Source: a virus
Strand: one strand, 5' to 3'
DNA: 64,000 bases
IMG/VR virus record: IMGVR_UViG_3300019776_000919
Location: 1 to 64,000 of that record
This document shows, piece by piece, positions 48,452-58,095 of the stretch. The translations under genes and the position numbers were made by a program. The notes below the pieces were generated by a model. That model worked only from the letters and a program-made list of their open reading frames with translations, was not told the DNA's origin and did not search any database. Position 1 is the stretch's first letter, and the number at the start of each line of letters is the position of its first letter.

Positions 48452-48700
48452 TTAAACTCGAAAAGTTTCTGATAGATCTACTTTTAGTTCGTCTGGATGA
48501 CAACCTTTTACCTTACCAGTACCAACTAAATACCCAAGTTCATAGCCTTTATATTTCCCGAAGCTATAACCCCACATTATACAACAAATTCCTACGACAG
48601 TAACGGTAAGAATTACTGCAACCCCTATTGCAATATTGGTAAAAACCGGGTGCATTAGAACATCTCTAATTGAGTAGTTGTTGGTAATCCTAAAGCCCAC
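48452..48700 (-). CDS. small membrane protein
   Basis: Single TM segment; start uncertain. Confidence 0.5.
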   Translation of the reverse strand: MGFRITNNYSIRDVLMHPVFTNIAIGVAVILTVTVVGICCIMWGYSFGKYKGYELGYLVGTGKVKGCHPDELKVDLSETFRV

Positions 48701-49077
48701 TGTTTTAAATAATGATCATCTTTATTCTTTGGAAATTCTACTTCTTCTAACTCATCTATAGAATATAATCGAATGCATCCATTTCCATAGTTTCTCTCAT
48801 TACTTACGGCGGAAAATACTTTACTACATTCCGAGTTATCATAATTCCGCTCCAACACACCGTACCCTTGAGAAATTGCATATATACTTTTCAGAGAGGT
48901 AATTTCTATAAAAAATACACGGTTGGGGTACTTGGTTGTAGTAGACCAAGGCTCCTCTTTAAATTCAGAGTTTGGAGGATGACAATTCGGCCATCTAAAA
49001 TATCCAAAATCGTGAGATATGGTAGCCCCAGGCTTTATACGGGCCCAGAAGAAAGACTTTGTGACTTTAGTGTCCAT
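48655..49077 (-). CDS. hypothetical protein
   Basis: Packed - strand ORF. Confidence 0.55.
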   Translation of the reverse strand: MDTKVTKSFFWARIKPGATISHDFGYFRWPNCHPPNSEFKEEPWSTTTKYPNRVFFIEITSLKSIYAISQGYGVLERNYDNSECSKVFSAVSNERNYGNGCIRLYSIDELEEVEFPKNKDDHYLKQWALGLPTTTQLEMF

Positions 49078-49444
49078 ATTCTTTTAAGAAATTTTCAAAA
49101 TCTTTTTTCAACAACTCAGCCATTTCCCCTCTAACCGGTTTGCCATCGGCAGCATCCCTTTCTAAGACGTTACAAATCATCTTGACAGATGCACACAATT
49201 TAATGTGCGCAGCCTCTTTTTTACTGGCAGTATCAGGAGGGAATCCTAACTTTATATCTTTTTGTACTTGTAAGGATTCTTTGATCGAAGAAGCTTCTTG
49301 TTTTCCTAAAAACTTTTCTTCGATGGCTTTAGTAGCTTGAATCATATCCGCTAAAGTTCGAATTTCTTGTTCAGCCGGTCTAATTTGACCGGGAGCATGA
49401 GTTTTATTTGTTACTTTGTGAGCGGGTTGAAATGGTATAGACAT
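49067..49444 (-). CDS. hypothetical protein
   Basis: Packed - strand ORF. Confidence 0.55.
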   Translation of the reverse strand: MSIPFQPAHKVTNKTHAPGQIRPAEQEIRTLADMIQATKAIEEKFLGKQEASSIKESLQVQKDIKLGFPPDTASKKEAAHIKLCASVKMICNVLERDAADGKPVRGEMAELLKKDFENFLKEYGH

Positions 49445-49480
49445 ATTATACTGACCCGGTTACCCGGGCCAGTTCCTTAT

Positions 49481-52078
49481 TTATAGACGAGGGTCAAGGA
49501 GCTTTTCTTGCTTCATTTGACCAATCATTTTAACAACGTACATTTTCCGGTCTTCATCATTTGCAGTTAGCATGGCTGATGCTAAAGCATGTTCCTGAAT
49601 ACTTGTACGGACTTTGCCTGAAATGTTCTTTTGACGACACAGACGGAGATATCGTTCCGGACGCGTATAGTCGTAACCATACACAATCCGTAGATACTCC
49701 TCTGAGCGTACTTTTAAGAACGGCAGTTCTGAGTTAGGATCTTCAGCCTTGACTACTAACCCTTCCATACCATTCTCGATAGTAAGGACATTGAAGAATT
49801 GTTTTGCAACTTCCACTTCTTCCGGCTTGGTCGTATCTATCTTCAAATAAGCGTCTTTATTTACGCTTTTAAAGTTGATAGATTGTAGCTGCTTAGACCA
49901 ATCCGTTACTGAAGTATCTGAATTATACAACACTTTGAATGGCCTAAATTCAACCGGAGTATCTTTGGTAAACAGCGCCAATGATTGGTGGAATTTCTTC
50001 AAATCTTGTTGTCGATTCGAAACATCCATTTCAGTTGCAAATCCGGTAAGTTTACTGAATTCAGAATCTGAAGCCAACGTCGTCAATTCATGATTGACCA
50101 AAAGCCCGTATGGATAAAAGTGAGAAGTAATGAGCCCCTCACCTAATGCCATCCACGGAAGAAGTTCTCCGTCGATGATCATATCTCCATAGGTCTCCAA
50201 GTCTGACGCTCTCTTAGCGTGTTCCGATAGTAGAAATTGCTTGTATTCTTCCGGAGTTTTCCCATGCACTCCTTTAATTACCCAGCCGCCACGACTAACG
50301 GCAAACGTTTTTTCAGGTTGACCCTTGTACAAATACAGCTGGCAACGACTACCCATGTATTTGCTTTCCAACGTTACTTCCGTTACTCCCCGATTTTTAA
50401 AGAAGTTAAACGCCCCTTCGAGAGGTTCGATTTTTTCATTTGAACTAGGTGCCGGAGCCATAGTTCCAGAAATATATCGAACACCGTTTTTCATGACTTG
50501 ATCCAAGAGACGTAAATCCCTTGCCTCTAAGTCATAGTCGAGGATGTTGAATTTGTTGTCTACCAGAATACCTTTTGCAAGGTCTTTAGCAACCGAAGGA
50601 TCTTCGACCCGAGTCTTGCATTTGATTTGAATTTGACTTGCAATCTTACCGTTTTCGATAAGAACTGCGGTCAGATCCCCTCCATACACAGCACCGGTAT
50701 CTAAGAAAACCTTATTTTTAAAGTTGAGCTTTTTGAACCTATCACTTTGCATCGAGGTCACATGACCAAAAATATGCAAAGGCATACTGGCATCAGCTTC
50801 TTTATAAAGCCAATTCAGATTTTCTTGGACTGATTTTTCACGGTCTTTAATTCGATAGTTTCTTTGGGCAGTTAAAGTATTGTCGTGTACTTTACCTAGC
50901 TCAGAATTCAGGCACGGCGCATGGGTAATGTAGACGGGTAGGCTACCATCTTCTGCAAACGTGTTGATAACTGCAAAAGGAAGTGATTGCTCAAAGATCT
51001 TAAAGAACTTTTCACGATGCTCCTCACTTTTCTCCAGAACCGAAACAGACGTAAAATAGTCCTTTTCAATTTCTAGATTGGGCTCAATCATCCCTTTCAG
51101 ACGCTTATAGACATAATTTTCGTGATTACCGATAATTACTATGTCGGTAGAAATACGCCCATACATCAAATCAACCATCCGAAGAGTATCGTTACCCTTG
51201 TCAAGATAATCCCCGACATGAATGATTCGATATTCTTCCGGAATTCGACTGATCAGCAGTTGCAGTTCATCAACGCATTCGTGAGAGTCTCCAATTACTG
51301 CAAACTTAGAAATCCCATCTCCCCCGTTGTAGTTAATTTCCGAGCACTCAAATTGAAGTTCAATTTTTTGCTTGGCAATTTCAGTAAGGGCGTGATCTTC
51401 CCATACTCCAGATGCGCCTTCAAACCACCAAGAGTTGTCTCGGGGAAGATCCCAGCCAAAAGACTCTTTATATGAAATCCGTAGACGCTCATCAAAGTTT
51501 TTTGCCTTAAGAGCAGGAAGGATTTTTCGGCGGAATTTGATAACTGAATTTTCAATGATTGCTTTTTCAGATTCAGTGTCTTCCTCATGGAAGTAATCCG
51601 AGCGATTCTTGTATTCAAAAGTAACTAGAACAACTTTATAGCCGTTTTCTTTACCAATGTTGAGAACCAGTTCCCGAAATTTCTCATCCATACCTGTAGT
51701 ATCTATTACTACAATCTCAGTGGAGATGGGGAAAGATACTGCTGCCCTGTATTTAGTAATGAGAAGCTTAAAAGCTTGTTCACTTACCGCCTGCATACCT
51801 TGAGTGTATTTGCTTGATGAGGCATACGGGGACAGATTTGAAATTTTCAACAAATCTTTGCGAATACGATCAGACGAGATGACCTCCCAGGGGATCATCA
51901 TTGCATCGCTCAAATTTGCAATGTCTTCAGCAAATTGAGATTTACCAGAAGAAGTGGGTCCGCAAAGAACAAACACCGTATGCGGAACCAAATTGATCTT
52001 CGGGATCAAATTGATGGGAGGTTCTGTGTTGCTAGAAGTATCGTTTGAATTCATGGTATTTTCGCTAGTCATTATCAA
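49481..52078 (-). CDS. pnkp: polynucleotide kinase-phosphatase-ligase (bacterial Pnkp type)
   Basis: GPTSSGKS kinase; GDSH, GDYLDKG, GNHE, GH phosphoesterase; KYMGSR, DGELLPW, EGLVVK, KVR..EYLR..YG.DY, LDPRL ligase. Confidence 0.92.
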   Translation of the reverse strand: MIMTSENTMNSNDTSSNTEPPINLIPKINLVPHTVFVLCGPTSSGKSQFAEDIANLSDAMMIPWEVISSDRIRKDLLKISNLSPYASSSKYTQGMQAVSEQAFKLLITKYRAAVSFPISTEIVVIDTTGMDEKFRELVLNIGKENGYKVVLVTFEYKNRSDYFHEEDTESEKAIIENSVIKFRRKILPALKAKNFDERLRISYKESFGWDLPRDNSWWFEGASGVWEDHALTEIAKQKIELQFECSEINYNGGDGISKFAVIGDSHECVDELQLLISRIPEEYRIIHVGDYLDKGNDTLRMVDLMYGRISTDIVIIGNHENYVYKRLKGMIEPNLEIEKDYFTSVSVLEKSEEHREKFFKIFEQSLPFAVINTFAEDGSLPVYITHAPCLNSELGKVHDNTLTAQRNYRIKDREKSVQENLNWLYKEADASMPLHIFGHVTSMQSDRFKKLNFKNKVFLDTGAVYGGDLTAVLIENGKIASQIQIKCKTRVEDPSVAKDLAKGILVDNKFNILDYDLEARDLRLLDQVMKNGVRYISGTMAPAPSSNEKIEPLEGAFNFFKNRGVTEVTLESKYMGSRCQLYLYKGQPEKTFAVSRGGWVIKGVHGKTPEEYKQFLLSEHAKRASDLETYGDMIIDGELLPWMALGEGLITSHFYPYGLLVNHELTTLASDSEFSKLTGFATEMDVSNRQQDLKKFHQSLALFTKDTPVEFRPFKVLYNSDTSVTDWSKQLQSINFKSVNKDAYLKIDTTKPEEVEVAKQFFNVLTIENGMEGLVVKAEDPNSELPFLKVRSEEYLRIVYGYDYTRPERYLRLCRQKNISGKVRTSIQEHALASAMLTANDEDRKMYVVKMIGQMKQEKLLDPRL

Positions 52079-53376
52079 GCAACCTTTTTAAAGTGAACCA
52101 TGAATGAACAAGGTTCTGAATTTATAACATCACCTAATGCAGAAACTTCTACATCAAAATGTTTAGGCGTAGCGATTGAACTAAGAAAGTCGCTTAGATC
52201 TTTCAGATCAGGTTCCCACTTGTGGTCATCGTGTCGGAATTGACCTTCTAAACCGTAGTTGACATTGAACGCATGATTAGGCATAGTAACCACTACGTTA
52301 GTAGGGCCTTCACCGCCATTTAGAATTGCTTTAAGAATCTCGATGGATTCTTTACGATCCATGTGTTCCAATACTTCTGACAACAATACATCATTGTTTT
52401 CAGCAATAGATGGATTGGAAGATAGAAATTCCATGTCAAATCTTTGATTGATGACATCGATATTTTCAATCTTGCGTTTCTTTAAACGTAAAGAATTAAT
52501 CTCGCAAATTTCAGGATCTACTTCAAACGCCAGAATCTGTGTGTAATCTGGCGACAATTTCAAAGAGTGGGACAACTCCCCGCATCCGATATCGAGCAGG
52601 CAGTCAGATACTCCTTTAGTCGAAAGAATACTTCTGACTGCATTCAATCGCTGGTTTTGATTATTACCCATTTGGAAAGTCATAGTTGCAGTATCTAAGA
52701 TACCCAATTTTCGTGCCTCTTCAAATAAAGGCCGGTTTGTTATAGCCCGTGAAATAAACAGGTGACGCAACGCATATGGGGCATCTGCGGAATTCAAAGA
52801 TCTCAAATATTTGAATACTACTTCTTTGTTCATCGGCACATACAAAGATTCGTCACTTAAAGTAACAATGATGCAGATAATTTGAAGCGTATTGAGGACC
52901 GCCGACACTGTAGGTCCAGTGACCTTAACCTTGTGGATAAAATTACTAACGTCTTTGTTCAAAGGCGTCATTTCAATTTGACATTCACCTTTGATTTTTA
53001 GCCAATTTACAATACGAGGGTTGGCTTGAATCACAACTTCTACATAAGCAGAGTTTGCAATAGGAATATCTAATTCATTACCGAGGGCTGCGGAACGTAA
53101 AGCCTCATTAATAATTTGGATGGGTGAATAGGGACTTGCATATCGAGTCAAGTCCAGATACTCAAATTCTCCGTTTTCACTAAAAGAATTTTCTAGATCT
53201 GAGTCTTTAAACAGAATTCGAAATTCTGAATTATCCGGCTTTGAAAACCAGCCGTAAATATTACCTTTGCGAACTTGTCGTTTAAAAGGTGTTTTAGATT
53301 CTTGAATCGTAGCGGGATTCTTAGAAAGGATAAAAGAAAATTGAGGATTGGATGAACCAACGGTAAGAATCGTCAT
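52075..53376 (-). CDS. hen1: Hen1 RNA 2'-O-methyltransferase / ligase activator
   Basis: N-terminal S.IL.KNP and Y.....Y.S; DIGCGE, EVLEH, T.PN..FN, FRH.DHKWE; adjacent to pnkp. Confidence 0.88.
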   Translation of the reverse strand: MTILTVGSSNPQFSFILSKNPATIQESKTPFKRQVRKGNIYGWFSKPDNSEFRILFKDSDLENSFSENGEFEYLDLTRYASPYSPIQIINEALRSAALGNELDIPIANSAYVEVVIQANPRIVNWLKIKGECQIEMTPLNKDVSNFIHKVKVTGPTVSAVLNTLQIICIIVTLSDESLYVPMNKEVVFKYLRSLNSADAPYALRHLFISRAITNRPLFEEARKLGILDTATMTFQMGNNQNQRLNAVRSILSTKGVSDCLLDIGCGELSHSLKLSPDYTQILAFEVDPEICEINSLRLKKRKIENIDVINQRFDMEFLSSNPSIAENNDVLLSEVLEHMDRKESIEILKAILNGGEGPTNVVVTMPNHAFNVNYGLEGQFRHDDHKWEPDLKDLSDFLSSIATPKHFDVEVSALGDVINSEPCSFMVHFKKVA

Positions 53377-53429
53377 GTGTGTTTCCCTATACGGGTTCCG
53401 TTGTTAAAAATAAATAACCTGGCACTACT

Positions 53430-53458
53430 CTTATACCAAATTACAACTGATTATTGAA
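53430..53458 (-). promoter_or_regulatory. phage promoter for hen1-pnkp
   Basis: TTCAAT-N17-TATAAG. Confidence 0.7.
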
Positions 53459-53818
53459 TATGGCGTTTCTTTGTTTGACAACGCTTCTATTTAAATCTTT
53501 TAAATACTCTATCTGCCTAGCAAAATACAACTTTTTCCGTTGGCTTTTTGTAGCCAATTTTTGGTCAAAAATTTGTTGTAAAGCCTCTACTTGACGAGCA
53601 TTAAGTTTTTCTGCCTCCAGTAGATCTAGTGTGTAATGAAAGCTTTCGGCCAATGTAGAATATGCTTTACCATCTATTTCAAACCACGCATTATTAACTT
53701 CGCAATAATAACCATCTCTATTAAATTTCGGAGGTATTTCCTTGCAACACTCAAGAAGTTCCTCTTCATCTAGGTTTGTCATCCAAAATTCTAACTGAAG
53801 GACTTTTGTTTTAGGCAT
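53441..53818 (-). CDS. hypothetical protein
   Basis: Packed ORF. Confidence 0.55.
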   Translation of the reverse strand: MPKTKVLQLEFWMTNLDEEELLECCKEIPPKFNRDGYYCEVNNAWFEIDGKAYSTLAESFHYTLDLLEAEKLNARQVEALQQIFDQKLATKSQRKKLYFARQIEYLKDLNRSVVKQRNAIFNNQL

Positions 53819-54287
53819 TCGTATGTCTCCACACTTTAACGGTTTCAGGATCTACACAAATATAAGGTATACCAGCTTCTTTAAACATCATCTCTCCGAC
53901 TTCTATAGATGTCTGCCAATCCGAACTTAGAGATTTGCTCGTATCATCAATGATTATTTTCAAAGGACGATGCTGGATAATATTACCGGCACAGGCGGCA
54001 CAAGGTCTATGAGTTACATGAAATGTAGAATTTTCTAGGGATCCTGTGCTGAAATGAATCGCATTTAATTCCGCATGTACCATCATGAGTCGTTTAAGGT
54101 TCTTATCATTCAATCTTTCCGGCGTATCCTTTACCATCTTAGGAAAGCCGTTGAACCCTTGACCTATTACTATGTCATTTTTGGAAATGACACACCCTAC
54201 TTTTGTAGACGGGTCTTTTGACCATTGCGCTATGAATTTTGCCTGGTTTAAGTATCGAAGGCTCCAATGGGAAATCATTTCATTCAT
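53811..54287 (-). CDS. dCMP deaminase
   Basis: SKDPSTKVG, G.NG.P, HAELNA, PCAAC. Confidence 0.9.
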   Translation of the reverse strand: MNEMISHWSLRYLNQAKFIAQWSKDPSTKVGCVISKNDIVIGQGFNGFPKMVKDTPERLNDKNLKRLMMVHAELNAIHFSTGSLENSTFHVTHRPCAACAGNIIQHRPLKIIIDDTSKSLSSDWQTSIEVGEMMFKEAGIPYICVDPETVKVWRHTNA

Positions 54288-54484
54288 ACAGAATACCCTA
54301 TATCAACATTAGGTACCCCTACGATACTTTCTTTTGAGAAAATACGCCATTTACCATCCTGGAAAATTACCTTAGTTTCTTCCCCGTCCAGAATAATAAT
54401 TAACGTATCAGTTCGTTCCAGTTTTACCTTCGCCTCGGAATATCTGAGCAAAGGTAAATCCATGTCTGCAGTTGTTAAAATCAT
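54284..54484 (-). CDS. small hypothetical protein
   Basis: ATGA-coupled to the deaminase gene. Confidence 0.5.
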   Translation of the reverse strand: MILTTADMDLPLLRYSEAKVKLERTDTLIIILDGEETKVIFQDGKWRIFSKESIVGVPNVDIGYSV

Positions 54485-54497
54485 ATTTTTTTTACGT

Positions 54498-54525
54498 AAA
54501 AAAAGCCTATTGAAATAGGCTTTTT
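54498..54525. terminator. intrinsic terminator
   Basis: AAAAAAAGCCTATT-GA-AATAGGCTTTTT. Confidence 0.75.
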
Positions 54526-54544
54526 AGCTTAGTCAAATATTGAC

Positions 54545-55579
54545 TTAAGCGGGCTTCTTGACGACAGGTTTACCTGCCGGTTTAGCGGAAGGCTTGGCGG
54601 CATCCGGGCCACCCCAGATTTGCCAAGCCCCGATGTTGGCGTTCTTGTTGAACGCAATGTACCGCCATGCCGGGTGCGTCTTGGGCGTTGAAGCGATGTC
54701 TTCGGCGTTGTCCAGAATGCATTTGCGGAAGCTGGCCAAAGCCTTGCCCATCGGAGAGGTAGCTGAGTAATTCGTCACCAGCATCGAACTCATGATCTGA
54801 AACGTCGGAACTCCGCTGCCCAAGGTCGGGTATGTCAGAGAATCTTGGTTCGGGTAGATCATCTTCAAGCGGGCCAGAAGTTCTGCAGGAACGGGCAGGA
54901 GCTTCAGTTCAGCCATGCGTCCCTTCAGGTTTGTCAGAACACCGGAAGGCTGAGCAGTCACCAGGATGGCGGCATCGTAGTCACCCTTCAAGACGCCGTC
55001 CACCGCTTCAGCTGAGCTTTTGACTTCGACCAGATTCATCGGCAAATTGCCAACGCTGGGGTGGGCCAACATCTTGCCCGTGACCAAGCTGCCACCGGCA
55101 GCAGCAACGGTCATGCCTTGCAGATCAGCGACGGTCTTCAAGATGATTTCTTCACCGCTCATCGAGAACTTGCCGATGGACAGTGCAACCCCGCCAACCG
55201 TGGCGACCTTCTTTTTGCCGAAATTGGCCCGGGTAATGAAGTGAGCTTGCTCGGGGAAAAGCGGCAGCAGAACCCGCAGACTTGTCAGATCACGTTGGTT
55301 GCGATTCAGCTCGGCAACGTCCATTTGAACGATGCTGACCCCGGCGTCGTTGGACAGCAAAGCATCCAGATTCGCTGAACTTCCGCTGGAAACCTTGGGG
55401 GTCACCACGTAACCGTCGCTTTTGCAGGCGGACGCTGCTTCGGTGACAAACCGAAAATAGCTGCCGGAGCTGTCACCGGTCGGTACTTCCAGCACCGTTT
55501 GGGCAAAACTGCTCATGCTCAGACCGATGCACAAAACAGCCAAGATGGCAGCAAAACCGCCATTGAAAAACTTTTTCAT
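54545..55579 (-). CDS. TAXI-family / periplasmic solute-binding protein
   Basis: Signal peptide, TG..SGSY, GS..NL..L, IVQ.D, L.PE..H, DL.G..VA; GC-rich codons. Confidence 0.8.
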   Translation of the reverse strand: MKKFFNGGFAAILAVLCIGLSMSSFAQTVLEVPTGDSSGSYFRFVTEAASACKSDGYVVTPKVSSGSSANLDALLSNDAGVSIVQMDVAELNRNQRDLTSLRVLLPLFPEQAHFITRANFGKKKVATVGGVALSIGKFSMSGEEIILKTVADLQGMTVAAAGGSLVTGKMLAHPSVGNLPMNLVEVKSSAEAVDGVLKGDYDAAILVTAQPSGVLTNLKGRMAELKLLPVPAELLARLKMIYPNQDSLTYPTLGSGVPTFQIMSSMLVTNYSATSPMGKALASFRKCILDNAEDIASTPKTHPAWRYIAFNKNANIGAWQIWGGPDAAKPSAKPAGKPVVKKPA

Positions 55580-55585
55580 TTCGAT

Positions 55586-55747
55586 TCACTTCCTCGGGTT
55601 GTTGGCCATTTGGCCGATAGCGGAATCCATGTTGGATCCAGATTGAGTCGGGATGACGGTTTGTTTTGAACCACCTTCTTGCCCCTGAGATAGGAACAAA
55701 ACAATGGCACCGAACAAAGCCAGACCCACGGCGGTCAGAGCTTTCAT
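55586..55747 (-). CDS. small membrane/secreted peptide (53 aa, not in ORF track)
   Basis: MKALTAVGLALFGAIVLFLS..., GAGG RBS, fills the gap exactly. Confidence 0.65.
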   Translation of the reverse strand: MKALTAVGLALFGAIVLFLSQGQEGGSKQTVIPTQSGSNMDSAIGQMANNPRK

Positions 55748-55748
55748 G

Positions 55749-56567
55749 CTACCTCTTGATGGGTTGCGGTTGGTAAATTTTGCTGTCCAGCGTTTCCAGG
55801 ACCACAGGACTGCTTTGCGTCAGTGCAGGCTTTGCCCCGGGAGGTGAAGCAGTCGCAAGAGTTTTTGCACGAGCAGAATCCGTCATGACGCGTTTCATGT
55901 GGTCCAAGTTGGCAAACGAATCGGTCATTCGTTTTTGGATTGCCAGGATCGATTCATCCTGCTGGATCTTGGCAATGGCTTCCGTTTTGCCAATACGGCC
56001 AGCAAATTTCGACAGACTGTCGCTGGACTGAGTAGCCCGCCAAATAGAGTCGGCCCGCTTGATCTGCTTGGAAAATTCCACCAGACCATCTTTGGCTTCA
56101 GAAATGGCTTGGTACACCAGCTCCCGGGTTTGAACCATAGATTCCAGGTGAGCCTTGAAGGCCGCAGCATCTTCTGGATAATTGCGGGCAATTTCTGCAA
56201 CTACCGGCTTGTGAGCTTCAACTTGTCTGCTGAACTCGTTTGCCATTTCCTCGTCAGCGTTGATCTGCTGCTGAGCCTTGTTGTAAAGGTTTTGCAGAGT
56301 CTCGACCGGATTTCTTCGGCTCTCCCATTTGATGGCTTTCAGGGTGGCATTACCCACCATGATGCCAAAAACAGGAGCCATCTTCAACGCAGTCCAAGCG
56401 ACTGCGCTGGCCACCAGAAGCCCTATCAAGCCGCCAATTGCCATGAAGATAAAAGGTGCGACCATAACGCACCCGACCAAGCCTAGGACCCAAGCTATCG
56501 TGCCTGAGAATCCTGTGCTGGTCGCCCCATCGAGGGGTTTGGGAAGGAACTTTTCAGAAAAGGACAT
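55749..56567 (-). CDS. membrane-anchored coiled-coil protein (PspA/IM30-like architecture)
   Basis: AGGAGA RBS before MSFSEK; two TM segments, NP.ETLQ, long coiled coil. Confidence 0.65.
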   Translation of the reverse strand: MSFSEKFLPKPLDGATSTGFSGTIAWVLGLVGCVMVAPFIFMAIGGLIGLLVASAVAWTALKMAPVFGIMVGNATLKAIKWESRRNPVETLQNLYNKAQQQINADEEMANEFSRQVEAHKPVVAEIARNYPEDAAAFKAHLESMVQTRELVYQAISEAKDGLVEFSKQIKRADSIWRATQSSDSLSKFAGRIGKTEAIAKIQQDESILAIQKRMTDSFANLDHMKRVMTDSARAKTLATASPPGAKPALTQSSPVVLETLDSKIYQPQPIKR

Positions 56568-56597
56568 TGGATCTCCTATTAGTCCTTGTTTGTTAAC

Positions 56598-56682
56598 TGG
56601 TGTGGGTAGAGGGACTCGAACCCTCAAGCCTTGCGACGAGGCATTTTAAGTGCCTTGTGTTTACCGATTTCACCATACCCAC
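56598..56682 (-). tRNA. tRNA-Leu(TAA)
   Basis: GTGGGTA acceptor stem, loop CTTAAAA, long variable arm, GGTTCGAGTCC, encoded CCA. Confidence 0.95.
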
Positions 56683-57119
56683 TATGTATTTTTATAAGAT
56701 ACTTTCTTAATTACATTTTCTATTGTTTTTCTGCTAACCCCGTATTTTACAGATAGCAATGAAATGAACCCTCGTGTCTTAGGGAACGACCTTATCTCTG
56801 AAACATCTTTTTCTGAAAGTTTTGATCTACCGTTCCCAGAACCGGAAAGTTTAGACTTGTGACTTTCAGAAAGAGATATTCCTTTTGATGGTGAGAAATT
56901 TTTACGCTGCTTTTTTACGTTATCTGATTTTGACAACAACTGTAAATTAGAAATATCGTTGTTTAAACAGTTATCATCAATATGATCCACTTCCATGGCG
57001 GGATCAATTTTTACACCATGATGTTTTTCGTATAGGTAGCGTGGATATGAAACGGTCTTACCATCGATTATGATAATCAATCTACCATCTGTTCTTTGGT
57101 AAGGACCGTGCGTAGCCAT
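56682..57119 (-). CDS. free-standing HNH homing endonuclease
   Basis: VDHID....NN..SNLQ.L...DN; NUMOD3-like HKSKLSG; C-terminal HTH. Confidence 0.85.
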   Translation of the reverse strand: MATHGPYQRTDGRLIIIIDGKTVSYPRYLYEKHHGVKIDPAMEVDHIDDNCLNNDISNLQLLSKSDNVKKQRKNFSPSKGISLSESHKSKLSGSGNGRSKLSEKDVSEIRSFPKTRGFISLLSVKYGVSRKTIENVIKKVSYKNT

Positions 57120-57122
57120 TTA

Positions 57123-57395
57123 TTAATGCCCCTTTGACTTCAGTGCCAGATCTAGCATCTTGTTTTCTGCTTCCAAGGAATTGATCTTTGCTTGAAGTCT
57201 TTCAAACTCCACTGCGATAACTCGGAACCTCCTGGCGTGAACCAGAAATTCTTTTCCTTCAGGCAAGCCTGTGTACTCAGCGGCAAGCCGTTGAGATTCC
57301 AGTGCCCAATCTAAAGGCGTAATCAGAATGGATGGAATATTCTCCACCGGGGTTTCCGGAGTCAATGTCCGGCTCGTTTTTTCAGGACTTGTCAT
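57123..57395 (-). CDS. hypothetical protein
   Basis: 90-aa ORF. Confidence 0.55.
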   Translation of the reverse strand: MTSPEKTSRTLTPETPVENIPSILITPLDWALESQRLAAEYTGLPEGKEFLVHARRFRVIAVEFERLQAKINSLEAENKMLDLALKSKGH

Positions 57396-57436
57396 AGTCT
57401 CTTATTGTAGTGGAAATCGACAGACTTTGTCAAGCC

Positions 57437-57547
57437 TTATCGGAAAACAAACGGAAGGGCACAAAGACCCACGATGAGGATTGCAATCCCCTCCACGGCG
57501 AAAGGGTCTTCTTTGACCCATTGCTTGATTTGTTCGATGCGGTTCAT
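57437..57547 (-). CDS. small membrane peptide (36 aa, not in ORF track)
   Basis: GGAGA RBS, MNRIEQIKQWVKEDPFAVEGIAILIVGLCALPFVFR; first ORF after the 57590 promoter. Confidence 0.55.
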   Translation of the reverse strand: MNRIEQIKQWVKEDPFAVEGIAILIVGLCALPFVFR

Positions 57548-57589
57548 TTGGTTTCTCCGGTTTGATTAAAGATATATCTCTGTACTAAT

Positions 57590-57619
57590 CTTATACCATA
57601 AATTACAAATAGTATTGAA
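57590..57619 (-). promoter_or_regulatory. phage promoter
   Basis: TTCAAT-N18-TATAAG...AGTAC. Confidence 0.7.
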
Positions 57620-57665
57620 TGTAAATTTAAGCTAAAGAAACGGGGCTGCCGTTTCTGAGGGAAGT

Positions 57666-58052
57666 TTAGACTTCCACAAACCCAACGTGTTTGAACACGC
57701 TCTTTTTTACTACTTGACCTTCCGGGCCGAGGGACTCTTCCGAAACCCTTTCAGAAAAAGCGTACACTGGCTTCAGGTCCAGTTCTTTACATTTAGCCTC
57801 CAGAAAAGGCATTAGGAACGGAGCCCCGCCGATCATCACTGCGGCCGTATCTAATCCTTTTTCGAAGACTTCTTGGAGGCCTAGGGAGGCGATACCCATA
57901 GCCCTCGCCGCTATCCACTTCTTCTCAGGGAGGCTCTCAAAAGATAACAACTCCTTGAGCTTTTTCAAGGAATCCCCTTCCAGGTTAATAACCCCAGCGT
58001 TGACCTGCTCAGGAGTTGCCTTGTGTTGAGTAAGATTGATAATCACTGACAT
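57666..58052 (-). CDS. hypothetical phage protein with its own promoter and terminator
   Basis: INLTQH.AT.EQ...IGGAP.LM...YAFS.R...F.H.GF; GAGGG RBS. Confidence 0.7.
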   Translation of the reverse strand: MSVIINLTQHKATPEQVNAGVINLEGDSLKKLKELLSFESLPEKKWIAARAMGIASLGLQEVFEKGLDTAAVMIGGAPFLMPFLEAKCKELDLKPVYAFSERVSEESLGPEGQVVKKSVFKHVGFVEV

Positions 58053-58095
58053 ATACCCTCATATATATGGAAAAGGAATATTCCTTCGTACTATT

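Noticed and set aside
56568-56627. N-terminal extension of ORF 55749..56627
   Set aside because: Overlaps tRNA-Leu; strong RBS supports start at 56567
54558-56649. Several long + strand ORFs (for example 55899..56486)
   Set aside because: Antisense shadows of GC-rich - strand genes
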